A program made the position numbers and the translations under genes. A stretch of 64,000 nt of DNA from Planctomycetaceae bacterium. Lineage in GTDB: Bacteria; Planctomycetota; Planctomycetia; Pirellulales; PALSA-1355. A model generated the notes under the pieces. The model did no database searches, was not told the origin of the DNA, and worked only from the letters and a program-made list of their open reading frames with translations. The DNA lies in contig PLYM01000056.1 in the NCBI GenBank assembly GCA_003153375.1, positions 28,855-92,854 of the forward strand. Reading direction: 5' to 3'. Of this stretch, positions 9,003 through 16,699 are shown in pieces (position 1 is the first letter of the stretch; every line of letters begins with the position of its first letter).

Positions 9003-10142
9003 ATGGCTCGATACGACGCGATTGTGCTCGGCTGCGGCGGCGTCGGCAGCGCGGCGCTGTTTCACTTGGCGCGGCGAGGGGCCCGCGCGCTGGGTCTCGA
9101 TCGTTTTGCTCCCGGCCACGACCGCGGCAGCTCGCACGGCCAGAGCCGGCTGATTCGCCAGGCGTATTACGAGCATCCCAATTACGTCCCGCTGGTGCAG
9201 CGGGCGTTCGAGCTGTGGCACGAGCTCGAACAACGGGCCGACGAGACACTCTACAATCCGGTCGGCCTGCTGCAGATCGGCCCCCCCGGCTGCGAGGTCC
9301 TCAGCGGCGTGCGGGCCAGCGCCCGGTTGCACAGCCTGGAGATCGAGGAGCTTTCGGCCGCCGAGAGCCGAGCGCGATTTCCTGGTTTTCACGTGCCAGA
9401 CGAATATCAGGCGATCTTCGAACGCCGTGCCGGGTATCTGTTGGTCGAAGAGTGCGTAATCGCTCATGCCGAACAAGCTCGGCGGCTGGGCGCTGAATTG
9501 CGGACCGGTGAAACGATTCGCTCCTGGCGAGCCGACGGCGACGGCTTTGTCGTCGAAACCGATCAGGGCCGTTATGCGGCCGATCGTTTGATCGTTTGCG
9601 CCGGGGCCTGGGCCGGACAATTGCTGGGCGAGCTCGGAATTCCGCTGGAAGTTCGCCGCAAACCGCTCTATTGGTGGGCGACCCGCGGCAACGGCTATTG
9701 GGCCGGCGCGGGATGTCCGGGCTTTTTGTTCGACCTGCCCGAGGGGTGCTTCTATGGCGTGCCGCAAATCGACCCCTCGGGCATCAAGGTGGCGGAGCAC
9801 ACCGGCGGCACGATTGTCGACGATCCGCTGGCCGTCGACCGAGGCGTCGACCTCGAAGAACGCGGACGCGTGGCGACGTTTGTCGACAGTTATTTGCCGC
9901 AAGCCACCGTCGAGTGTGTGCGACAAACCGTTTGCATGTATACGATGACTCGCGATGCCCACTTTGTTGTCGACCAGCATCCGCAACATGAACGGGTCGT
10001 GTTTGCGGCCGGACTGTCGGGACACGGCTTCAAATTCACCTGCGTGCTGGGCGAAGTGTTGGCGGAGTTGGCCATCGATGGACGGGCCCGCTTGCCGATT
10101 GAGTTTTTGTCGGCCGCGCGTCCGGGCTTGCACGTTTGCTAA
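9003..10142 (+). CDS. solA: N-methyl-L-tryptophan / sarcosine oxidase family flavoprotein (MSOX/MTOX)
   Basis: 379 aa. The N-terminal FAD fold is YDAIVLGCGGVGSAALFHLARRGARALGLDRF. GSSHGQSRLIRQAY is present, and a conserved Cys sits in TVCMYTMTRDAHFVVD, at the position of the covalent-FAD cysteine. GLSGHGFKF lies near the C-terminus. Confidence 0.8.
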   Translation: MARYDAIVLGCGGVGSAALFHLARRGARALGLDRFAPGHDRGSSHGQSRLIRQAYYEHPNYVPLVQRAFELWHELEQRADETLYNPVGLLQIGPPGCEVLSGVRASARLHSLEIEELSAAESRARFPGFHVPDEYQAIFERRAGYLLVEECVIAHAEQARRLGAELRTGETIRSWRADGDGFVVETDQGRYAADRLIVCAGAWAGQLLGELGIPLEVRRKPLYWWATRGNGYWAGAGCPGFLFDLPEGCFYGVPQIDPSGIKVAEHTGGTIVDDPLAVDRGVDLEERGRVATFVDSYLPQATVECVRQTVCMYTMTRDAHFVVDQHPQHERVVFAAGLSGHGFKFTCVLGEVLAELAIDGRARLPIEFLSAARPGLHVC

Positions 10143-10152
10143 GAGGAGCGGC

Positions 10153-12126
10153 ATGCCGAGTCGAGCGGAAATTCTGGCCCAAGCTCGTGCCCGGCAGGCA
10201 GGCAACGACCTGGCCGAGGCCGAACGGCTCTATCGCCAGGCCCTCGCAGCCGATGCCAACGACGCCGAGACGCTCAACGCCCTGGGCGGATTACTCGGAC
10301 CGCAAGGCCGGCTGAACGAAGCGGTTGCCTGCATCGAGCGGGCGCTCGTGATCGAGCCAAATCTGGTCGAGGCGCACTACAACATGGCCTCGGCGGCGCT
10401 GGCTCAGAACTTTCTGGCGAAAGCGATTACACACTGGCAGCGTGTCGTGCAGTTGAATCCCAGCCATGCCGACGCCTATCACAACCTGGCTACGGCGTTT
10501 TTGACAACGAACGATCTGGACCAGGCCGCGGCCTGCTGGCGGCGGGTCGTGGAACTGAAGCCCGAGTCGGCCGAGGCGCATCATGCGCTGGCCCGCGTGC
10601 TGGCCAAGCAGGGCCAGCTGGACGATGCCGCCGCGTGCTGTCGAACGGCCGTCGCACTGCGACCCGATTTTGCCGTGGCCTGGAACGACCTGGGCATTCT
10701 GTTGGCTCAACACGACCGCTATCGCGAAGCGCAGGACTGTTTCCGCAGGGCACTCGAACTGGAGCCCGCCCGCGATTTGTGGCGGCTCAATACTATTTCG
10801 CTATGCCCGAGCGAATTTGACACGAACGAGGAATTGGACGACTATCGGCGCACGCTGCTCAAGGAACTGGAATCTTTTGCCCAACGGAAGATCACGTTGC
10901 AGCCCGCGGAGCTATTGACGAGCAACTGCCGGCCGTCATTCAACCTGCAATTTCACGGGCGAGACGAGCGGCCCCTGCGTCAGGCATACTCTCGGGTGTT
11001 TGAGCCGAGCTTTCCCGCGGGCCACGCGGCGGCGGCGGGCCGTTCGCGAATCGGCATGGTGGTCACCGACTGGCACGAGTTGGGCTTCCTGCGTTCGTTG
11101 GGCGGCGTGCTCGATCGCATCGACACCGCGCGATTTGACGTCGTGATTTTCGGCTCGGCCCGAGGCCAGGAGACCTTACGCGCGGGCCTTCGCAATCCGG
11201 CCGTCCGCGTGCTGGGAATTCCGGCGCAATTCGAGCAGTTCGTGGCGGCGATTCGCGCGGCGAGCGTCGACGTGCTCTATTACTGGGAAGTGGGCACCGA
11301 CAACACGAACTACTTTCTCCCCTTCCTGCGGCTGGCTCCGGTGCAATGCACGTCGTGGGGCATTCAAGTCACTTCGGGCATTCCGACGCTGGACTATTAT
11401 CTGTCGAGCGCGCTGGCCGAGCCGGACGACGCGCAATCGCACTACTCGGAGCGTCTGATCCTGGCCGAAACGCTGTTGACGTTTCAGCGGCGCACGGCGC
11501 TACCCATCTCGCCGAAATCGCGCGAGCATTTCGGCTTGTCGGCCGATCAACATCTCTATCTCTGCGCTCAGCAGTTGGGGAAGTTTCAGCCCGATTTCGA
11601 CCCGATCCTGGCGGGCATTCTGCGGGGCGATCCGCGGGGCGTGATTGTCGTGACGGAAGATCGCCGAGGGGCCTTCATGTCGCAAGATCTGCGGCGGCGA
11701 TTGGCCGCCAGGCTGGGCGACGTTACCGACCGGATCGTGTTCGTGCCCTATCAAGCGGGCGATGACTACTTGAGTCTCGTGGCCGCGGCCGACGTGCTGC
11801 TCGATCCGCTGCACTTTGGCGGAGTCAATTCGACCTACGATGGTTTTTCGCTCGCCAGGCCGATCGTCACGCTGCCGTCGTCCTATCATCGCGGCCGCTA
11901 TACTCTGGCCTGCTACCGAAAGATGGGCTTGCTCGATTGCGTCGCCCGTGATGCGGATGATTATATAGACATTGCCGTCCGGCTGGGCACCGATGCCGAG
12001 TATCGCGAGCGGATGACGGCGGCGATTGGCGCTGCAAGCACGGTGCTGTTCGAGGACCTTGAAGCGGTGCGCGAACACGAGCGGATTTTCGCGGAGCTGG
12101 CGGGGCGCGCTCGCTCGGCAACGTGA
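10153..12126 (+). CDS. TPR-repeat protein with C-terminal GT41 (SPINDLY/OGT-like) glycosyltransferase domain, paralogue A
   Basis: ORF 9955..12126 trimmed to ATG 10153 (MPSRAEILAQARARQAGNDLAEAERLYRQAL), 11 nt after the solA stop. About 7 TPR units (A..Y.NLA/A...W.R.V.L.P) are present. The C-terminal half has YYWEVGTDNTNYFLPFLRLAPVQCTSWGIQVTSGIP, LDPLHFGGVNSTYDGFSLARPIVTLP and RGRYTLACYRKMGL. Confidence 0.8.
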   Translation: MPSRAEILAQARARQAGNDLAEAERLYRQALAADANDAETLNALGGLLGPQGRLNEAVACIERALVIEPNLVEAHYNMASAALAQNFLAKAITHWQRVVQLNPSHADAYHNLATAFLTTNDLDQAAACWRRVVELKPESAEAHHALARVLAKQGQLDDAAACCRTAVALRPDFAVAWNDLGILLAQHDRYREAQDCFRRALELEPARDLWRLNTISLCPSEFDTNEELDDYRRTLLKELESFAQRKITLQPAELLTSNCRPSFNLQFHGRDERPLRQAYSRVFEPSFPAGHAAAAGRSRIGMVVTDWHELGFLRSLGGVLDRIDTARFDVVIFGSARGQETLRAGLRNPAVRVLGIPAQFEQFVAAIRAASVDVLYYWEVGTDNTNYFLPFLRLAPVQCTSWGIQVTSGIPTLDYYLSSALAEPDDAQSHYSERLILAETLLTFQRRTALPISPKSREHFGLSADQHLYLCAQQLGKFQPDFDPILAGILRGDPRGVIVVTEDRRGAFMSQDLRRRLAARLGDVTDRIVFVPYQAGDDYLSLVAAADVLLDPLHFGGVNSTYDGFSLARPIVTLPSSYHRGRYTLACYRKMGLLDCVARDADDYIDIAVRLGTDAEYRERMTAAIGAASTVLFEDLEAVREHERIFAELAGRARSAT

Positions 12127-12164
12127 TCACACCTCGCAACTCGTCGGTTCCCGGGAGAGAATTC

Positions 12165-14156
12165 GTGTCGCGTATCGCCGAACTTTTGGCCACGGCTCAG
12201 GCCGCTCATCGAGCGGGCGACTTCCCACAAGCCGAACGCTTGTGCCGCGAGGCGCTGCAAATCGACGCGGACGACGCAGGGGCCCATTATCAACTTGGCG
12301 AGGCCTGCCAGGCCCAGCGGAAATTTCAGGAAGCGGCCGCCGTGCTCGCGCAGGCAGTGCGGCTGCGGCCCGACCTTGCCGCGGCGCATAACACGCTCGG
12401 CGCCGCGTGGGGCAGTCTTGGCGACCTGGACGCGGCGGCAAGCTGTTTTCAACGGGCGGTCGAGATCGCGCCCAACGATGTCGCGGCGCACTTCAACCGC
12501 GCGCTGCTGGCAGCCCATCGAAACCAGCTCACGCTGGCGGCCGAATCGTGGCAGCGTGTCGTCGACCTGCAACCCCAGTCGGCGAACGCCGTCGAGCGAC
12601 TGGCCGTGGCTTATTCGAAGTTGGGTCGGTTCGACGAGGCGGCCGGCTGGTTTCGCCGCGCTCTGGAGTTGCAGCCCGACTCGGCCGAAGCCACGGCCAA
12701 GCTGGGCACCCTGCTCACGCGACAAGGGCGCATCGACGAGGCCCGCGAATGTTATCGCCGGGCACTAGCACGCAATCCGGCCAGCAACGTGTGGAAGCTG
12801 AATTTGATCTCGCTCTGTCCCGTGGTGTTTCAGGATCACCAAGAGCTGACGGAGTATCGCCGGCGGTTGTTCGACGAGCTGGAGCAGTTTTCGCATACTA
12901 CGCTCGGGCCCGATTTTCCCGCGCGGGCGACGGCCGGCTCGCCGCCGTCGTTTCATTTGCAGTTTCAGGGAGCCGACGAACGGCAGTTGCGCGAGGCTTA
13001 CGCCCGGCTGTTTCGCAACTGCTTTGAGCACGAACGGCCCAACGGCGGCAGAGGACGCCCGCGGGTGGGTCTGGTCGTCACGAGTGGCCACGAGGGACTT
13101 TTTGTCCGCTCGCTGGGCGGAATCCTCAATCGTCTCGACACCGATCGCTTCGAGGTGACCATCTTCGGCTCCGACCCTGGACTCAGCGCCGTGCGCGCGG
13201 CGATTCGCAACCCCGCCGTGCGGCTAACCAGCGTTGCCAATCGATTGCCGGCGTTCGTGCAGGCACTTCACGACGCGCGGCTCGACGTGCTCTATTATTG
13301 GGAAGTGGCCACGGACAGCGTCAATTATTTCTTGCCGTTCCATCGGCTGGCGCCGGTGCAATGCACCTCGTGGGGCATTCAGGTCACCTCGGGCATTCCC
13401 GCCGTTGACTACTATCTGTCGAGCGAACTGGTCGAGCCCGACGACGCCGACGCTCAATACACCGAGCGGCTGGTGCGGGCCAAGACGTTATTGACCTATC
13501 AAGAGCGGGTCGCGATGCCGACGGCGCCCAAGTCGCGCGGCGAGTTCGGCTTTGCCACAGCGCAGCATTTGTACGTGTGTGCACAGCAGCTCGGCAAGTT
13601 TCACCCTGATTTCGATGCGATCCTGGCCGGCATTCTGCGCCGCGATGCCGACGCGCGGATCGTGACGACCGAGGATCGGTTCGGCCCGGCGATCGGGACC
13701 CAGCTACGTCGCCGGTTCGCCGTGACGCTGGGGGACGTGGCCGAGCGGGTGATCTTTCTGCCGTTCCTGGACTCGGCCGACTATTTGAGCCTGCTGGCGG
13801 CGGCCGACGTCTTGCTCGATCCGTTGCACTTTGGCGGCGTGAATTCGAGTTACGACGGCTTCTCGCTCAACCAGCCCATCGTGACGTTGCCTTCGCGGTT
13901 TCAACGCGGCCGCTATACGCTGGCTTGCTACCGAAAAATGGGGCTGACCGATTGTGTGGCCGCCGACGCCCAGCAGTATATTGACATCGCCGTGCGGCTG
14001 GGCACCAATGCGGTCTATCGAGAAGAGGTCGTGGCGAGGATTCGCCGCGCCAGCCCGGCGCTGTTCGAGGACCCCGCGGCGGTGCTCGAGCACGAACGAA
14101 TTTTCGGCGAGCTGGCCGCCACGGCGCGCTTGAGCCGGCGGTTCGGCGACGGTTAA
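12165..14156 (+). CDS. TPR-repeat protein with C-terminal GT41 (SPINDLY/OGT-like) domain, paralogue B (tandem duplicate of A)
   Basis: The track ORF starts at GTG 12123, overlapping the stop of A as GTGA. I prefer the in-frame GTG 12165 (VSRIAELLATAQAAHRAGDFPQAERLCREAL). It is preceded by gggagaga and matches the N-termini of the paralogues. The C-terminal half is colinear with A (YYWEVATDSVNYFLPFHRLAPVQCTSWGIQVTSGIP, LDPLHFGGVNSSYDGFSLNQPIVTLP). Confidence 0.8.
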   Translation: MSRIAELLATAQAAHRAGDFPQAERLCREALQIDADDAGAHYQLGEACQAQRKFQEAAAVLAQAVRLRPDLAAAHNTLGAAWGSLGDLDAAASCFQRAVEIAPNDVAAHFNRALLAAHRNQLTLAAESWQRVVDLQPQSANAVERLAVAYSKLGRFDEAAGWFRRALELQPDSAEATAKLGTLLTRQGRIDEARECYRRALARNPASNVWKLNLISLCPVVFQDHQELTEYRRRLFDELEQFSHTTLGPDFPARATAGSPPSFHLQFQGADERQLREAYARLFRNCFEHERPNGGRGRPRVGLVVTSGHEGLFVRSLGGILNRLDTDRFEVTIFGSDPGLSAVRAAIRNPAVRLTSVANRLPAFVQALHDARLDVLYYWEVATDSVNYFLPFHRLAPVQCTSWGIQVTSGIPAVDYYLSSELVEPDDADAQYTERLVRAKTLLTYQERVAMPTAPKSRGEFGFATAQHLYVCAQQLGKFHPDFDAILAGILRRDADARIVTTEDRFGPAIGTQLRRRFAVTLGDVAERVIFLPFLDSADYLSLLAAADVLLDPLHFGGVNSSYDGFSLNQPIVTLPSRFQRGRYTLACYRKMGLTDCVAADAQQYIDIAVRLGTNAVYREEVVARIRRASPALFEDPAAVLEHERIFGELAATARLSRRFGDG

Positions 14157-14180
14157 TCACTTGCGGAGGGGATCAGGCTG

Positions 14181-16649
14181 GTGTCGACGCTCGCTGAACT
14201 CCTGACTGCTGCCAACGAGCGCCAACGTCAGGGCGATCCGGCCGGCGCCGAACAGCTTTTTCGCAGCGCGCTGGCGGCCGATCCGAATCATGCGCTTGCC
14301 TGGAATGCGCTGGGCTCGGCGCTGGGGCAGCAGGGCCGGCTGGACGAGGCCATCGAATGCCTGCAACGGGCCGTAACCTTGCAACCGGCTCTGGCCGAGG
14401 CGCACGCCAATCTGGCGACGGCGGCCATTCATCAACGCAACTGGGACGAGGCGCGGGCCCGTTGGCGGCGGGCCGTGGAGTTGCAGCCCGATTATGTTGA
14501 CGCGCAGGTGAATTTGGCGACGCTGGCGACACGTCGGCAACAGTGGGACGAGGCCATCGACCATTGGCGGCGCGTCGCCGAATTGCAACCCGACAACGCC
14601 ACGGCGCTCACCCAATTGGCGACGCTGGCCGCGCGTCAGAATCAGCTTGAGGAAGCCGCCACCTGCTGGCGGCGATTGCTCCAACGGGAGCCCAACTCGG
14701 CCGAGATCCACAACAACCTGGGTGCGGCGCTGCAAGGGCTGGGACGACTCGACGAAGCGGGCGCTTGCTGGCGTCGGGCCGTGGAGTTGAATCCGCAGCT
14801 GGCCGAGGCGCACAACAATCTGGGCGCGATCTGCGAATGGGAGGGCCGGCTCGAGGAGGCGGCCGTCTGCTACCGGCGAGCGCGAACGATCAAGACCGAG
14901 TTTTTCGAGGCCCATGGCAATTTGGGCGCCGTGCTGGAAAAACTCGGCCAGTGGGAAGAAGCCTTGGCGTGCTTCTGGCGGGCCGTCGAACTGCGGTCCA
15001 ACTCGGACACGGCATGGCGGAATTTGGGGGCCGCACTAGCGAAGCAGGATCAACTGGCCGAGGCCGACATCAGCTACCAACGTGCGCTGGAGCTAGCTCC
15101 CGATTCGGCCGTGACGTTCAACGATTGGGCTGGCGTGCTGCGCAGGCAAGAACGCTGGGAGCAGGCCGCCACGTTGGTTCGGCGGGCACTGGAACTCGAT
15201 CCACATCTGGCGAAGGCCCAGATGCACCTCGGATCGATTCTGGAGTTGCAAGGACAACTTAACGAAGCCGAGACCTGGTTGCGCCGAGCTGTCGAAGAAC
15301 AACCCGATTTGGCCGAGGCTTACCATAATCTGGGCGCCATGCTGGTGCGGCAAGGACGACTCGACGAGGGAATCGCGGCCTTTGAAAAAGCGTTGGCGGC
15401 CAAGCCGGATCAGCCCATTTCCAGTAGCGCGATTCTCTTTGCACTTCAATATCAACAGGGCGCAACGCTGGCGAAGCTGGCCAGCGCGCATGCGGACTTC
15501 GATGCTCGATACGCAGTGCCGCTGCGTGGCACCTGGCGACCGCACGAAAACCAGGTGGACCTCGACCGGCCCTTGCGGCTGGGCTTCGTTTCGGCCGATT
15601 TCGGACCGCATCCGGTGAGCTATTTCTTGATCCGACCGCTGGAACACCTCGACCGCCGGAAGTTCGAGACGTGGTGCTATTGCGATCACGCGCGCAGCAA
15701 CCCCATGCCGCGGTTGCGGGCTGCTGCCACCCAATGGCGATCGTCGGGACGCTGGAGCGATCAGCAACTGGCCGATCAGATCCGCGCCGACCGAATCGAC
15801 ATCCTGTTCGACCTGGCGGGGCACACGGCCCACAACCGCATGCTGCTGTTCGCGCGCAAGCCGGCGCCGATTCAGATTACGTGGATCGGCTATGAGGGGA
15901 GCACGGGGCTGAAGGCAATGGATTACCTTTTGGCCGACCGCCACGAGATTCCCGAATCGGCCGAACCGTATATCACCGAGCGCGTGCTGCGAATGCCAGA
16001 CGGATGTTTTTGCTTCGATCCGCCGGCCGAAGCGCCCCCGGTTTCGCCGCTGCCGGCCCTCTCGCGCGGCACGGTGACGTTCGCCAGTTTCAACAACCCG
16101 GCCAAGTTGACGACCGACGTGATCGCGCTGTGGGCCGCGGTGCTCGACCGGGTTGCCGGATCGCGCCTGGTGCTCAAATATCGCTGGCTCGATACGCCCG
16201 AGGTCGGGGGCCGCATCGCGGGGATGTTTGCCGAGCACGGCGTGGAGCCGTCGCGGCTGGAATTCCTCGGCCGTTCGTCTTATGCCGAGATGCTGCGCGC
16301 GTATGACCGGATTGACCTGGCGCTCGATCCCTTTCCGTTCAACGGCGGCGCAACAACTTGCGACGCGCTGTGGATGGGCGTGCCGGTGATCACCTGGCCA
16401 GGCGAAACGTTTGCCAGCCGCCACTCGCTGACGCATTTGTCGAACGTCGGGCTGACCGAGACGATCGCCCGCGATCGAGAGGAGTACCTGGACATTGCCG
16501 CCCGCTTGGCCGCCGACTTACCGCGCCTGGCCACGATCCGCGCCCAACTGCGTCCGCAGATGGCCGCCTCGCCCTTATGCAACGGCCGCCGCTTCGCCGA
16601 GAACCTGATGCCCCTGCTCCGCAACGTCTGGCGCCAATGGTGTGAATAG
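14181..16649 (+). CDS. TPR-repeat protein with C-terminal GT41 (SPINDLY-family O-GlcNAc-transferase-like) domain, paralogue C
   Basis: 822 aa with a GTG start preceded by ggagggg. There are about 12 TPR units. The catalytic half has the classical SPINDLY-family layout: LRLGFVSADFGPHPVSYFL, TFASFNNPAKLT, DLALDPFPFNGGATTCDALWMGVPVIT and FASRHS. Confidence 0.85.
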   Translation: MSTLAELLTAANERQRQGDPAGAEQLFRSALAADPNHALAWNALGSALGQQGRLDEAIECLQRAVTLQPALAEAHANLATAAIHQRNWDEARARWRRAVELQPDYVDAQVNLATLATRRQQWDEAIDHWRRVAELQPDNATALTQLATLAARQNQLEEAATCWRRLLQREPNSAEIHNNLGAALQGLGRLDEAGACWRRAVELNPQLAEAHNNLGAICEWEGRLEEAAVCYRRARTIKTEFFEAHGNLGAVLEKLGQWEEALACFWRAVELRSNSDTAWRNLGAALAKQDQLAEADISYQRALELAPDSAVTFNDWAGVLRRQERWEQAATLVRRALELDPHLAKAQMHLGSILELQGQLNEAETWLRRAVEEQPDLAEAYHNLGAMLVRQGRLDEGIAAFEKALAAKPDQPISSSAILFALQYQQGATLAKLASAHADFDARYAVPLRGTWRPHENQVDLDRPLRLGFVSADFGPHPVSYFLIRPLEHLDRRKFETWCYCDHARSNPMPRLRAAATQWRSSGRWSDQQLADQIRADRIDILFDLAGHTAHNRMLLFARKPAPIQITWIGYEGSTGLKAMDYLLADRHEIPESAEPYITERVLRMPDGCFCFDPPAEAPPVSPLPALSRGTVTFASFNNPAKLTTDVIALWAAVLDRVAGSRLVLKYRWLDTPEVGGRIAGMFAEHGVEPSRLEFLGRSSYAEMLRAYDRIDLALDPFPFNGGATTCDALWMGVPVITWPGETFASRHSLTHLSNVGLTETIARDREEYLDIAARLAADLPRLATIRAQLRPQMAASPLCNGRRFAENLMPLLRNVWRQWCE

Positions 16650-16650
16650 T

Positions 16651-16699
16651 AAGGGGACGGGAGTCATTTCGCTGCGGTGCAAATGACTCCCGTCCCCTT
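16651..16699. terminator. Perfect 19-bp hairpin between convergent genes (candidate bidirectional terminator)
   Basis: aaggggacgggagtcattt (16651-16669), an 11-nt loop, then aaatgactcccgtcccctt (16681-16699). It starts 2 nt after the stop of the + strand gene and overlaps the TAA of the minus-strand ABC gene. There is no U-tract on either side. Confidence 0.55.
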
